Shown here: in pieces, positions 29,397-39,889 of the stretch | How positions within the stretch are numbered: the first letter of the stretch is position 1 | How the letters are laid out: the number at the start of each line of letters is the position of its first letter | DNA from: Patescibacteria group bacterium | GTDB lineage: Bacteria; Patescibacteriota; Patescibacteriia; UBA11705; DATKZF01 | Assembly: GCA_049319825.1 (NCBI GenBank) | Contig: JBMORT010000009.1 | Coordinates: 67,349 to 131,348, forward strand | Length of the DNA stretch: 64,000 nucleotides | Direction: 5' to 3' | The notes under the pieces: model-generated | Told to the model about the DNA's origin: nothing | Database searches by the model: none | The model's input: the letters and a program-made list of their open reading frames with translations, nothing else | Made by a program: the position numbers and the translations under genes

Positions 29397-30017
29397 CTAT
29401 CTTTTTATGATGTGTTTGGACAAACTGGAAACAGCCATCAGCAAGGCAAAGCCCAGCACCGCGTTCGCCACTCTGACCAGCACGTAAGTGTTGGCGATTT
29501 GCGACAGGAAAAGCAGCAGTATGCCGATGATTTCCAGATTGCATTTGAGCTTGCCGGAAATATTGGCCTTAAGATCAGCTTTTTCTCCGGTCGCCAATGA
29601 ATCGATCATTTTAAAAATTCTGGTAATCACCAGTGAGCCTTCGACTAGAATAAGAGCCCAGACGAAAAATTGATCGACTGTTCCTTCAAAGAAAATCGCC
29701 AGGGGAACCAGGAAAATCAGCTTATCGACCAGCGGATCGAGAAACGCGCCCAGCTCTGTTTCTTTTTTCGTGGCTCTGGCCAGTGCGCCGTCCAGCAGGT
29801 CAAGCGGCCAGGCTATCAGATAAACCAAAAAAGCCTGCGTCAGCTGTTGGTTTTGAAAGAGTACGATCACTGGTACGATTGAGGCGAGATGTAAAACAGT
29901 CACGAAATTGGGGGTGATTTTTTGAATCGAGCGATGCTCTTTTATGAAAGAAACCAGCTGTCGGTCAAGCTGGTAGTACATTGATTCAAAAATCATCAAA
30001 ACGGTGTTGACATTCAT
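29397..30017 (-). CDS. CDP-alcohol phosphatidyltransferase family protein
   Basis: PLDLLDGALARATKKETELGAFLDPLVDK matches the D-G-x2-A-R-x8-G-x3-D-x3-D motif. Confidence 0.8.
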   Translation of the reverse strand: MNVNTVLMIFESMYYQLDRQLVSFIKEHRSIQKITPNFVTVLHLASIVPVIVLFQNQQLTQAFLVYLIAWPLDLLDGALARATKKETELGAFLDPLVDKLIFLVPLAIFFEGTVDQFFVWALILVEGSLVITRIFKMIDSLATGEKADLKANISGKLKCNLEIIGILLLFLSQIANTYVLVRVANAVLGFALLMAVSSLSKHIIKR

Positions 30018-30194
30018 GTCGCCCCTTCCGATGAGCTCATGTCAGGTATGGTAAATAACCGCAAGATTGTTGTCAAACTTGAAGCTGTTAACGATCGGAT
30101 TCTCCAGATATTGTATCACATCGGGAGCATTATACACAGCTGCTGTTTACAGTATTATCTAGATTTAATATATTACATCCAGCAGGAGGCGAAC

Positions 30195-30455
30195 GTGAAA
30201 AAGACAAACGGCCATGTTGTTGGACTTCATGACACCATAACCAATGCCGCGGTCTTCGAAGCGAAGTTGCATCAATTTCCAGATCAAATCGATGTCGTGA
30301 GATTTGGCGTCCTCGATGATGAATATATTTACGCAGCAGCGTATTCGTCAAAAAACGGCAGTGGATACGGCGGCTTGCTCATGCCATTGATTAAGCTTAA
30401 TGAACTGATGAGAAAGTATAATGGTAGAATTGCATTTGTGAATGTCGCTGAATAA
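30195..30455 (+). CDS. hypothetical small protein
   Basis: GTG start 5 nt after AGGAGG; 86 aa. Confidence 0.4.
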   Translation: MKKTNGHVVGLHDTITNAAVFEAKLHQFPDQIDVVRFGVLDDEYIYAAAYSSKNGSGYGGLLMPLIKLNELMRKYNGRIAFVNVAE

Positions 30456-30495
30456 TCTTTTTTTAGACGATCAATAATATTGATCGTTTTTAATA

Positions 30496-30524
30496 TTGAC
30501 TTTTTTATTAATATATGATATAAT
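30496..30524 (+). promoter_or_regulatory. consensus sigma-70 promoter
   Basis: TTGACT-17 nt-TATAAT. Confidence 0.5.
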
Positions 30525-30549
30525 ATAAAATTAATAAATAATTTGAATT

Positions 30550-30681
30550 ATGGCAAAAAAGACTAAAAAGACGGCGATTTCTAATTTTCCGCACTATTAC
30601 AACATCACCGCGGTGGCGGTGGCCATATTGTCATGCTATGCGGTTTCGTTGATGGCCATTGACTCTTTATCTTCTAAATAA
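30550..30681 (+). CDS. 43-aa basic/hydrophobic miniprotein (MAKKTKKTAISNFPHYYNITAVAVAILSCYAVSLMAIDSLSSK)
   Basis: sits between a consensus promoter and a hairpin terminator; absent from the ORF track (<60 aa). Confidence 0.3.
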   Translation: MAKKTKKTAISNFPHYYNITAVAVAILSCYAVSLMAIDSLSSK

Positions 30682-30697
30682 AAAGAGTGCGCCAAAA

Positions 30698-30718
30698 ACA
30701 GCCTGTCGGCTGTTTTTT
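30698..30718 (+). terminator. rho-independent terminator
   Basis: acagcc-tgtc-ggctgt plus T5. Confidence 0.5.
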
Positions 30719-30805
30719 GGTTAAACGAAAAAAATCCGGGCCCCGATGTTATAAAAGAAACAAGCGTTGATAAACAATAAAAATCGATGGCCCGCATCCC
30801 GCAAA

Positions 30806-30840
30806 AAAGAAACCACCGGCGATGCCGGTGGTTTCTTTTC
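30806..30840. terminator. bidirectional rho-independent terminator
   Basis: gaaaccaccggc-gatg-ccggtggtttc with A-run 5' and T-run 3'. Confidence 0.6.
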
Positions 30841-30852
30841 AATTTAGATCTT

Positions 30853-31452
30853 TTATTTGTTCCACTCCATGAGTTTATCCAGTTTGACCCATTTGGATAA
30901 TCGGTCGCGCATCACTCGAACTCGGCCGGAGTTAACATCATATGTAACCACTTCCCAATTCGGCTCGATTCGGCCGAAAGTTCTTTTAACTTTCACTTTG
31001 TCTCCCATTGAAAAAGGGATTGCCGCCATTGCTTCGACGGTTTTTATCGAATCTTGATCAAGGGATCTCATTGCTCTTACCGGCTCTCCCTCATGTACTT
31101 CTTCCGTTTCATTCGTTATTTCTGACAGCTGTTGTTTTTCATTTATTGCGGCCAATCTGGGATCATTAACGTTTATTTTTATGAATTCCTCGTCTTTATA
31201 CACTTGGGCATCGCCATTTCTCGGATCAATGTCCAATATCTCCCAACCCGGAACGATTTTTTCATTTTTAAAAATTTTAATTTTATCTCCGACTTTAGCT
31301 TTCATTAAGTTCGACTCATCGAACGGTGTTTTTTCAGGGGTTGTATTTAATTCAGTCATCAGTCCGCTACCAATGTAAACATCGGCAGGCCGCTTCGGAT
31401 TATAGGGAACTTCCCCCTTTTTTCTTGGTGGAGGCGTTTCGAATTGTGGCAT
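30853..31452 (-). CDS. hypothetical protein with internal duplicated beta-module
   Basis: KIKIFKNEKIVPGWEILDIDPRNGDAQV and VKVKRTFGRIEPNWEVVTYDVNSGRVRV look like two copies of one small domain. Confidence 0.5.
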   Translation of the reverse strand: MPQFETPPPRKKGEVPYNPKRPADVYIGSGLMTELNTTPEKTPFDESNLMKAKVGDKIKIFKNEKIVPGWEILDIDPRNGDAQVYKDEEFIKINVNDPRLAAINEKQQLSEITNETEEVHEGEPVRAMRSLDQDSIKTVEAMAAIPFSMGDKVKVKRTFGRIEPNWEVVTYDVNSGRVRVMRDRLSKWVKLDKLMEWNK

Positions 31453-31530
31453 ATAATTAATTATGAGTAAATCTTGACATAAATATAGCAGCGTATTAAA
31501 TTATATCAATATCAGCTGAGGAGGTCGGGC

Positions 31531-31737
31531 ATGAACCCAGTGCCGCATTGTCAGCGCGTTCCCGGAAAGAATTCGGTTCGTGGACAGCATTGTCCATATT
31601 TGGTAAATGGCCGGCGGTGTTCCTTCTTTACCCACAACGGGGAGCCTGCTCTCTGCCTGACTAATTCAATCGCTCGTGATATTCAATGTTACAACAAATG
31701 GAAGGTCGCGGCAAAGGATGTTAGCGGTGAAGTCTAG
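31531..31737 (+). CDS. hypothetical Cys-rich small protein
   Basis: ATG 6 nt after GAGGAGG; TTGACA-like box upstream; 5 Cys. Confidence 0.3.
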   Translation: MNPVPHCQRVPGKNSVRGQHCPYLVNGRRCSFFTHNGEPALCLTNSIARDIQCYNKWKVAAKDVSGEV

Positions 31738-31960
31738 AGTGCTCGTTGTGCTCGGGGTGATTTTGCTGCTCGGCTCTATCTGTGCGTTTTTGACGGCCCT
31801 ATACTGGCATCGATCATTGAGCGCTGACGGTAATATAATGGACACGACTCTGACGGCGTTTCTTTCAATTTTAGCAATCAGTATTGGAGCTTTTCTATAC
31901 AATTATGGAAAAGTGCTGTCGGAAAGCTCGACACGCGACAATATCGATGATCTACATTAG
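31724..31960 (+). CDS. hypothetical small membrane protein (2 TM)
   Basis: hydrophobic; start uncertain (GTG 31724 or ATG 31676/31715). Confidence 0.3.
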   Translation, partial: AVKSRVLVVLGVILLLGSICAFLTALYWHRSLSADGNIMDTTLTAFLSILAISIGAFLYNYGKVLSESSTRDNIDDLH

Positions 31961-32060
31961 ATCATTTTTATTATATCAAAAATAACAAAATTTAGACAAT
32001 TTCCATTGATTTTGTTAAGATAACTGAGCGATAGACATCAAGCTTTGTTAAGAGATCAAA

Positions 32061-33842
32061 ATGGTTATGAGCGAAATAGACGAAATAAAACAAAGAATCG
32101 ACATCGTTCAATTGGTCGGTGAGTATGTTCAGGATTTGAGGCAATCCGGTACCAATTGGAAGGCGAAGTGCCCTTTTCACAATGAAAAGACTCCCAGTTT
32201 TTTGGTTTCTCAGGAAAAACAGATTTATAAATGCTTCGGCTGCGGCAGCGGCGGCGATATTTTCACTTTCATTCAGGAAATTGAAGGCATGGATTTTCCG
32301 GAAGCGCTGCGCCTTTTGGCGAAAAAAGCCGGAGTGTCGTTAAAACAGGAAGACCCCAGAATTCATAGTCAGAAAACGCGGCTACTCGACATTCAGCGCT
32401 GGGCCGCGGCGTATTGGTATAAAGTGCTGGAGGAGTCATCGCGAGCCGCCGCGGCCAGAGAATACATCATCCGGCGGGGAATATCAAAAGAAACGGCCAT
32501 TGATTTTAAGCTGGGTTACGCGCCGGACTCTTGGGATCGAACAATGAATTTTTTGAAATCAAAAGGATACACGGAAACGGAAATCAGCTTGGCCGGATTG
32601 ATTAAAAGAAAAGAACGGGGGAGCGGCTACTACGACCGTTTTCGAAACAGGATAATTTTCCCAATCGGCGATGTTCACGGCAGCATTATCGCTTTTGGCG
32701 GCCGCGCCATGGATGAGCAATCGGGAGCGAAATATCTAAATAGCCCGCAGACGCCGATTTATGATAAAAGCTTCACCGTATACGGATTGGATAAAGCCAG
32801 ACAAGAAATAAAATCGAAGGATTTGGCGATTTTTGTTGAAGGGTACATGGATGTGATTTCATCGCATCAAGCCGGTGTAAAAAATGTGGTAGCCACTTCG
32901 GGCACGGCGCTCACTACCGGACATTTGAAATTAATCAAACGCTATACCAATAATGTCGCTTTTTGTTTTGATCAAGATTTGGCCGGCCAGCTGGCCGCTC
33001 AACGCTCGATCGATATCGCCTTGGCCGAGGATATAAACATTAAAATTATTCAGGTGGCGCATGGAAAAGATCCGGATGAATGCGTTCGAAAAGATCCGAA
33101 CTTGTGGTTGCAGTCGATTGGCAACGCCAAGCCGTACATGGAATATTACCTGGAGGTGGTAATGAAAAAACATGACATCGCCGATATCAACCAAAAAAAG
33201 AAAGCGGCCAAAACGATACTGACCCAGTTGTCCAAAATTCCTTCAAAAATCGAGCAAGATTTTTGGATGAAAAAAATTTCCGAATCCTTTGCCGTCGGCG
33301 AAAGGATTCTATGGGAATCCATGCCGAAGCCCAAAAGTCCGCTAGTGACGGCGTCGCCGTCTGCGTCGCCGCCGGCCAAAAGCCAATTTACGATTTTCGA
33401 TCGATTGTTCGGATTGATTTTAGCTAATTCAGAAAACATGGCCTATTTCGTGGAAAATTTGGAAAAAGAAATGGTTAAGGACACCCGGTGGCGTGAGTTT
33501 TACAGTAATTTAATTTCGTTGTATAATGAAAATAATAATTTATCAGGGACAAATTTTGAGCAATGGCTAAAAAAACAAGAAACCGCCAGCTTTAGCGATG
33601 GGTTTTTTAACAACCTTATTTTAGTTATTCAAAGAGAATTCGACGGCTTTTCACACACTGATATCCAAAACGAATTGGTTTCATTAATCAAAAAAATAAA
33701 AAAAGATTATTTCCGCGGACGGGTCAATGAGCTGTCAACCGAAATGAAGCGCCTGGAAGCGTCCGGGCAATCCGACGAACGTATCGATCAATTGATGCAA
33801 GAGATTCAAGAAGTCTCCTGGCAATTGGCGCGGTTGGAATAA
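32061..33842 (+). CDS. dnaG: DNA primase DnaG
   Basis: CHC2 zinc finger (CPFHNEKTPSF...CFGCGSGGD); TOPRIM (EGYMDV); upstream of rpoD. Confidence 0.9.
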   Translation: MVMSEIDEIKQRIDIVQLVGEYVQDLRQSGTNWKAKCPFHNEKTPSFLVSQEKQIYKCFGCGSGGDIFTFIQEIEGMDFPEALRLLAKKAGVSLKQEDPRIHSQKTRLLDIQRWAAAYWYKVLEESSRAAAAREYIIRRGISKETAIDFKLGYAPDSWDRTMNFLKSKGYTETEISLAGLIKRKERGSGYYDRFRNRIIFPIGDVHGSIIAFGGRAMDEQSGAKYLNSPQTPIYDKSFTVYGLDKARQEIKSKDLAIFVEGYMDVISSHQAGVKNVVATSGTALTTGHLKLIKRYTNNVAFCFDQDLAGQLAAQRSIDIALAEDINIKIIQVAHGKDPDECVRKDPNLWLQSIGNAKPYMEYYLEVVMKKHDIADINQKKKAAKTILTQLSKIPSKIEQDFWMKKISESFAVGERILWESMPKPKSPLVTASPSASPPAKSQFTIFDRLFGLILANSENMAYFVENLEKEMVKDTRWREFYSNLISLYNENNNLSGTNFEQWLKKQETASFSDGFFNNLILVIQREFDGFSHTDIQNELVSLIKKIKKDYFRGRVNELSTEMKRLEASGQSDERIDQLMQEIQEVSWQLARLE

Positions 33843-33907
33843 TCATTGTTGTGATGGTTTCGTTTGGGTTCCATCGCTTCGTCATCAATTTTTAATCCAC
33901 ATCAAAT

Positions 33908-35170
33908 ATGCCTAAACAGGCAGACAGTAAAATCAAGCGAGTTCGGCCGCAAAAAAAACGTTCGGCCGCAAAAAAAACAGCCGCCAAGGCTGCTTTGAAG
34001 AAGTTAAAAAAGGGCCATAAAAAGCCCCATCAAAAAGTGAAGGTCGAAAGGCGCGGACGACCCAAAAAAATCGAGCCGCCATCAGAGCAATTTATCAGAC
34101 AATTAATCGATAAAGGCCGTAAGCGAGGTTTTATCACCGAGCGGGAAGTGCTTAAAGTGTTCCCGGAGCTGGAAGGCTACCTGGATTCATTTTATGGTTT
34201 TCAGGAAGAGATGGAAGCCAACGGCATCCAAATCGTTGAACTGCGAGGCGGGGTGCTGGGTGCCGATGATGAACGCGATCAAATATTATCCGGCGTGGGG
34301 CAAGGATCCAATGGCAGTCCCGTAGCTAAATACGACATCCCCGAGCTAACTGCGGATTCAATACAAATGTATCTTCGAGAGATCGGAAAGATAAAATTAT
34401 TGACGCAGGAAGAAGAACTGGCTTTAGCCAAGCGCAAGGAAAAAAGCGATCGCGAGGCGGAAAAAAGATTGATCGAGGCGAATTTGCGATTGGTTGTTTC
34501 GATCGCCAAAAAATTCGTCGGCAAAAGCTTGTCACTTTTGGATTTGATTCAGGAAGGAAACATCGGTTTGTTTCGCGCGGTGGAAAAATTTGAGTATCGC
34601 AAGGGATATAAATTTTCCACCTACGCCACCTGGTGGATCCGGCAGGCGATCACTCGCGCGCTGGCCGATCAGTCGCGAACAATTAGAATTCCGGTGCACA
34701 TGGTCGAAACCATCAATAAATTCCAGCAGATAGAAAGACGGTTGATACAAGATCTGGGCCGTGAACCACTGCCGGAAGAAATCGCCGCGGAAATGAATGA
34801 AGATCTGGACAAAATCAAATACATCATGAAAATTTCACAAGAAACGATTTCGCTGGAAACGACAGTGGGCGATGACGATGAAGATAGCACGCTTGAAGAT
34901 TTTATCGAAGATGTTAAAAATGTGTCGCCGGATCATTCGGCCGCGCTGCGTTTGCTGCGCGACTACGTGCGTGAAGTGATCAGGGAGCTGTCGCCGCGCG
35001 AACAGAAAATATTGGAAATGAGATTCGGTTTGGTTGACGGCGTATCGCACACGCTGGAAGAAGTGGGCCAGGAATTCGACGTGACTCGCGAGCGCATCAG
35101 GCAAATTGAAGCGAAAGCCTTGGAAAAAATTCAAAATATGAAAGGGATTGAAAAATTGAGAGACTATTAG
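33908..35170 (+). CDS. rpoD: RNA polymerase sigma factor RpoD (sigma-70)
   Basis: region 2 [40 protein letters not shown]; region 4 [26 protein letters not shown]. Confidence 0.95.
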   Translation: MPKQADSKIKRVRPQKKRSAAKKTAAKAALKKLKKGHKKPHQKVKVERRGRPKKIEPPSEQFIRQLIDKGRKRGFITEREVLKVFPELEGYLDSFYGFQEEMEANGIQIVELRGGVLGADDERDQILSGVGQGSNGSPVAKYDIPELTADSIQMYLREIGKIKLLTQEEELALAKRKEKSDREAEKRLIEANLRLVVSIAKKFVGKSLSLLDLIQEGNIGLFRAVEKFEYRKGYKFSTYATWWIRQAITRALADQSRTIRIPVHMVETINKFQQIERRLIQDLGREPLPEEIAAEMNEDLDKIKYIMKISQETISLETTVGDDDEDSTLEDFIEDVKNVSPDHSAALRLLRDYVREVIRELSPREQKILEMRFGLVDGVSHTLEEVGQEFDVTRERIRQIEAKALEKIQNMKGIEKLRDY

Positions 35171-35313
35171 AGGTAAAAAGAGAATAATAGGCAACTAATT
35201 TTTGAACAATAAAAAGCCGTCTGTTTGGGCGGCTTTTAGATTCGGCAAATCAACTCTTCAGTAAATATCCCGCTTGTGTTATAATTACTGTTGTTTTAAT
35301 GGGAGTGCTTACC

Positions 35314-35577
35314 ATGCCCGAACCTTGGCTGGAAAGATTGAGAAAAGCGCATGAAATTTTAGATCAGCTTGTGTCCTCACGAAATATATCGATTTTAAAT
35401 GTCCGGACATTTATCAGGCAGCTGCACCGAGCCGGTTCGCTGTTATCGGATTATGAATCAAAAAGCACGATCAGCGTTTGGCTGGTTTATTGGAACAAAA
35501 TTTTAAAAAACCTGGAATTGACCGACAACGCTGAAGCCGGGTCGAATTCACCAGTAAAACGCCATCCATTTAAATAA
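35314..35577 (+). CDS. hypothetical protein
   Basis: ORF with a GGGAG RBS-like sequence; followed by a hairpin. Confidence 0.3.
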   Translation: MPEPWLERLRKAHEILDQLVSSRNISILNVRTFIRQLHRAGSLLSDYESKSTISVWLVYWNKILKNLELTDNAEAGSNSPVKRHPFK

Positions 35578-35743
35578 TTGGATGGCTTATTGATTTTAAA
35601 AACCGTCAGCGCCGGACATTTAATTGATCAAGACATTAATTGATCTAACAAAAAACAACCCGAAATCAATCGGATTATTTTCCCAGGTACTGTACTGTAT
35701 TCCGGCGAAGCGTTCTTGGCTCCGTCGGGTACCGTACGATGCC

Positions 35744-35820
35744 TGGCTCCGCGGGTGGGACTTGAACCCACGACCCACTGATTAACAGTCAGTTGCTCTA
35801 ACCAACTGAGCTACCGCGGA
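35744..35820 (-). tRNA. tRNA-Asn (anticodon GUU)
   Basis: reverse complement TCCGCGGTAGCTCAGTTGGTTAGAGC...CTGTTAA...GGTTCAAGTCC...CCGCGGAGCCA. Confidence 0.85.
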
Positions 35821-35998
35821 ATGATAACCAAATGATATCAAATTATCGCTCGATTGTCAAGCGGAGACCACCTGATTTTATGGATTTTATGGGCATTAAG
35901 TAGCCGGCTGTTTAATTTGGCCGGCTTTTATAAATTGACAGAATCAATGCTTTGTCTATAATATTAACTCGGAACAACCATGGACATGGAGGTGTCTC

Positions 35999-36310
35999 AT
36001 GCTGCGCCTGATTGAAGATTTGTTCCTCCTCATCATGGTGCCCGTATTTATCATGATTTTGACTGCCAGCGTGGCAATTGGCATATATGTCGCGGTCATC
36101 GCCATTCCGGCCAGCCTCCTTTTAATGTGGTATGATCGATCCAGTAATCGCTTTTGCCAGGCCGTTTTGTTCGTTTTTTCCCTGCCGATTTTTATTGTCG
36201 GCGCGTTGGCGCTTTTGATCAGCGGTCTTTACCTGTTGGCCATGCTGCCGCTGTTTGCTCCCATGATGTATGGATATAAAAAAGTGGAAGCAGCATCGCT
36301 ATCCGCTTAA
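35999..36310 (+). CDS. small integral membrane protein
   Basis: GGAGGTG RBS; 3 TM helices. Confidence 0.5.
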   Translation: MLRLIEDLFLLIMVPVFIMILTASVAIGIYVAVIAIPASLLLMWYDRSSNRFCQAVLFVFSLPIFIVGALALLISGLYLLAMLPLFAPMMYGYKKVEAASLSA

Positions 36311-36411
36311 GTCTGCGTACGATTACGCAGATTTTTCTTTGATAAATCGATCTTTCCAAAAACATATAAATATAATAAGATGAATGTAGAGTAATTAAAT
36401 CAAACAATTTT

Positions 36412-37362
36412 ATGGAAAATGAACAACAACAAAAAAAACGCAGAGGTTGGCTGTTAATTTTAATAATTCTGGCGCTGCTGTTGGCGGCGGCGGCATCAAT
36501 CATTTTAATAATGCGCGGTCGTGAAGACACTTGGTTGTGTCAGGATGGTCGCTGGGTCAAGCATGGCAATCCCAGCCGTCCCATGCCGACAGAGCAGTGC
36601 ATTCTGGAGAAATTCCCCATTGAGGTAGAAGTCAGGGTTTTTACGCCCGAGCTGGATGCGGAAATTTCCAGTCCGGTGGCAGTGACCGGTGAAGCGCTCG
36701 GCAATTGGTACTTTGAGGGCAGTTTTCCCATCGAATTGGTTGATCAGGACAATAACACGCTGGCCAGCGGCATCGCGCAGGCTCAGTCCGATTGGATGAC
36801 GTCAGAGTTCGTGCCATTCAAGGCTTCTTTGACCTTTGCCGCCGGGCAGGCGACCAAGGGGCGACTGATATTTCGAAATGATAATCCTTCCGGATTGCCG
36901 GAGAATCAGAAACAATACATCTGGCCGATAAAATTCGCGCCAAAGCAGACGGATAAATCACAGCCGACAGCGGAAAAAATGACGGTGAAAGTTTACTTTT
37001 CCAATACCAATTTGGATCCTGAAGTCACTTGCGAAAAAGTTTTTCCGGTCGAGCGGACAATTGAAAAAACATTGGCTGTCGGACAGGCGGCGATCGAAGA
37101 ATTGCTCAAAGGACCGAATGATGTCGAGAAAGCCGATCGATACCAAACCAGCATCAATTCAGGCGTGAAATTGAATTCTATCCGAATCGTAAACGGCACG
37201 GCTTACGTTGATTTCAGCTCTCAAATCGAAAACCAAGTTGGCGGTTCGTGCCGGGTTTCATTGATCAGAAAACAGATCGAACAAACACTGAAGCAATTTT
37301 CATCGGTAAAAGATGTGGTAATATCGGTCGATGGCAGAACCGAAGACATTTTACAACCATAG
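36412..37362 (+). CDS. GerMN-domain protein, membrane-anchored
   Basis: N-terminal TM; the segment VKVYFSN...VFPVERTIEKTLAVGQAAIEELLKGPN...NGTAYVDFS resembles GerMN. Confidence 0.6.
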   Translation: MENEQQQKKRRGWLLILIILALLLAAAASIILIMRGREDTWLCQDGRWVKHGNPSRPMPTEQCILEKFPIEVEVRVFTPELDAEISSPVAVTGEALGNWYFEGSFPIELVDQDNNTLASGIAQAQSDWMTSEFVPFKASLTFAAGQATKGRLIFRNDNPSGLPENQKQYIWPIKFAPKQTDKSQPTAEKMTVKVYFSNTNLDPEVTCEKVFPVERTIEKTLAVGQAAIEELLKGPNDVEKADRYQTSINSGVKLNSIRIVNGTAYVDFSSQIENQVGGSCRVSLIRKQIEQTLKQFSSVKDVVISVDGRTEDILQP

Positions 37363-37370
37363 ATAAAACT

Positions 37371-38147
37371 ATGAAATTGTTAACATGGGCGATTTTTTTC
37401 GCGCTAATGCTTGGCGGTTGCCAAATTTCCTATCAAAATAACATTAGTGACGATTCGGACATTTTATTGGCGCCGGATTTTCCAGCGACGTCAGATTCAT
37501 CGTCAGCCGCAGACAATTTGCCCATCGCGCCGGCCTCCGCCGAAGCGCTCAGCGATCAGGCGATTTTAGCGGATACTCAAACGATCAGTGAAGAGACCGA
37601 TAACATTGCCATTGACGCGCAATATCCCAAGACTAATATCGGTTTTGTCGATCAAACAATAGATTATTTCGTTCAAACGCAAATTGATGATTTTAAAAAT
37701 CAGTATCAGGATGTTGAGAAAATAAACGCTCAGCCGTATTCGATGTGGATCGATTATCAAATATTTTCCGCCAACCGCAATTTTTTTAGCGTGCTTTTTA
37801 TGAATTCTTATGAAACCGGCGGCGCGCATCCGAATCATCTCGTGTTTACTTATAATTTTGACATTAAAAATGAACGCCGGCTGTCACTGGCCGACATATT
37901 TCCCGAACATCAATCGGATATTCTGAATTACGTGAAAAATGAATTAAAACAAAATCCTGATTATTTCAGTGAAAACATTGATGAGCTGACTGGGCAAGAC
38001 ATTCAAAAGTTCACCTTGACCGATCGCTCGATAATTTTTCATTTTTCACCGTACGAAGTGGCCGCTTACGCTTTCGGTCCGATTGAGGTTTCGGTGGAAT
38101 ATGAAAAAATCACTCATTGGATAATGCTTGAACGACTCGAAACTTAG
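37371..38147 (+). CDS. lipoprotein with DUF3298/DUF4163 (RsiV/PdaC-like) domain
   Basis: lipobox LMLGGC; C-terminal MNSYETGGAHPNHL motif. Confidence 0.55.
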   Translation: MKLLTWAIFFALMLGGCQISYQNNISDDSDILLAPDFPATSDSSSAADNLPIAPASAEALSDQAILADTQTISEETDNIAIDAQYPKTNIGFVDQTIDYFVQTQIDDFKNQYQDVEKINAQPYSMWIDYQIFSANRNFFSVLFMNSYETGGAHPNHLVFTYNFDIKNERRLSLADIFPEHQSDILNYVKNELKQNPDYFSENIDELTGQDIQKFTLTDRSIIFHFSPYEVAAYAFGPIEVSVEYEKITHWIMLERLET

Positions 38148-38349
38148 GATAATCTTCAAATATTTGAACAAATTGATGTTTTTGGGCTAAAGCCGGTCAG
38201 GATGAGGCTGTATTGTTGATTTATCAACAGCTTATATTGAATATCTAGAAATATTTCTTGAAAATGTTATAATGTAGTCATTCATCAAATAGATGTGGAT
38301 AACTAATTTGGTGGCGGTAAACTACTCGCCAGCCTGATTAATTAATCAC

Positions 38350-39810
38350 ATGGACTATCATCGGTTCATCCGAAAAAAATACAATTTAACAGACCAACTA
38401 AATGACTATCTCACGGTGCGAGACGGTTTTTTGTTTTACAAGGACATCAATTTGTATCAGCTGGCCCAACAATACGGCACGCCGCTGGAAGTGGCTTACA
38501 CCGACATGATCAATGAGCGCGTCGATCAATTGAAAAGCTTATTCAAGCAAGCGATAACCGCCAGCAGCTATCCCGGGAAATTCATTTATGCCTACGCCAC
38601 CAAAGCCAATTATTACAGCGAGGTTATCGCCACCGCCCTGAATAATTGCGATGCCATTGAAACCAGCTCTCCCTATGACCTCTATATAATCGAAAAGCTG
38701 GTTAAAGAAAACATGCTCGGCAGTAAGAAGTTGGTCATTTGCAATGGTTTTAAGACTGATAAATATTTCAATAAAATTTTAGATTTGAAAAAATTAGGAG
38801 TCAATATAATCCCGGTGCTGGAAAATAAAAAAGAGGTGGATTTATTCATCAATAAAACCAAGCTGCAGTTTGAAGTCGGTTTGCGGGTCAACATCGAAAA
38901 GAAGGCCATTAAATTGTTTAACGCCAATGATCGTTTGAGCTCGAACGTGGAAAGCCGCTTCGGCTTATACGCCGACGACCTGGAACCCGCCGCCGAACAG
39001 CTGGTGCGATCCGGGCATTTGAAATTAAAATTGTTTCATTTCCACATCGGCGGTATGATCGAAAACATTTCCCGTTATTTGGAGTTTATCGACGACATAT
39101 TCGAACATGAATACTGTCCGCTGGCGAAAAAATTCGATATAAAATATTTTGACATCGGTGGCGGACTGCCGGTGCAGTATGATTTAAAATTCAATTTTGA
39201 TTACAAAAAGCTGGTTTACGGCTTGGTCGAAACGATCGCTCGACAGGCCGGCAGGCAAAATATCACTCCCCCAAGCATCATTGGTGAATTTGGCCGATAT
39301 ACGGTCAATGACCATGGTTTTTCCATTTTTAGAATAAATTTCGTGAAACCGACTCAAACCGAAGATACATACTGGTACATTATCAACAGCAGTCTGATGA
39401 ATTTTCTTCCCGATTCATGGGCGCTGGGGCAGGATTTCGTCATCTTGCCGCTTAACAGATGGCATCAGGATTACTGCCGCGTCAGACTGGGCGGCATGAC
39501 TTGCGATCCGGACGACACTTATTATAAAAACGAGAAAGAAAACATTCTGTATTTGCCGAAAATCGGCGATGCCGGCCGGGAAGAATTGCTGGTTGGAGTT
39601 TTTGGCGTCGGCGCATATCAGGAAATGATATCCGGCGTCGGCGGCGTGCACCACTGCTTGTTGCCCGAAGGAACCGAATTGATTGTTTATAAAAAATCAG
39701 GAAAACTTCATTTTGATCGAATCACTCCGCTGCAAACTCCAAGGAAAGTGATGAGGATATTGGATTATCACGGACACCATGATTTAAGCCGATATTTCAA
39801 CACCAAATGA
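38350..39810 (+). CDS. PLP-dependent Orn/DAP/Arg decarboxylase family protein (SpeA-like)
   Basis: YAYATKANY (PLP Lys), FDIGGGLPVQY (Gly-rich loop), GGMTCDPDDTY (catalytic Cys). Confidence 0.75.
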   Translation: MDYHRFIRKKYNLTDQLNDYLTVRDGFLFYKDINLYQLAQQYGTPLEVAYTDMINERVDQLKSLFKQAITASSYPGKFIYAYATKANYYSEVIATALNNCDAIETSSPYDLYIIEKLVKENMLGSKKLVICNGFKTDKYFNKILDLKKLGVNIIPVLENKKEVDLFINKTKLQFEVGLRVNIEKKAIKLFNANDRLSSNVESRFGLYADDLEPAAEQLVRSGHLKLKLFHFHIGGMIENISRYLEFIDDIFEHEYCPLAKKFDIKYFDIGGGLPVQYDLKFNFDYKKLVYGLVETIARQAGRQNITPPSIIGEFGRYTVNDHGFSIFRINFVKPTQTEDTYWYIINSSLMNFLPDSWALGQDFVILPLNRWHQDYCRVRLGGMTCDPDDTYYKNEKENILYLPKIGDAGREELLVGVFGVGAYQEMISGVGGVHHCLLPEGTELIVYKKSGKLHFDRITPLQTPRKVMRILDYHGHHDLSRYFNTK

Positions 39811-39889
39811 TATTTGCCGGTCGCGGATAAATCAAGCGCGCAGCGCAATTGTTGTTTGCCCTTGCCAGTAATGATATACTTAAATCGAT

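Noticed and set aside
30039-30194. N-terminal 52 codons of the 138-aa ORF at 30039
   Set aside because: A GTG at 30195 lies 5 nt after an AGGAGG RBS and the upstream part overlaps the promoter region of the divergent gene. The shorter 86-aa product is preferred, with low confidence.
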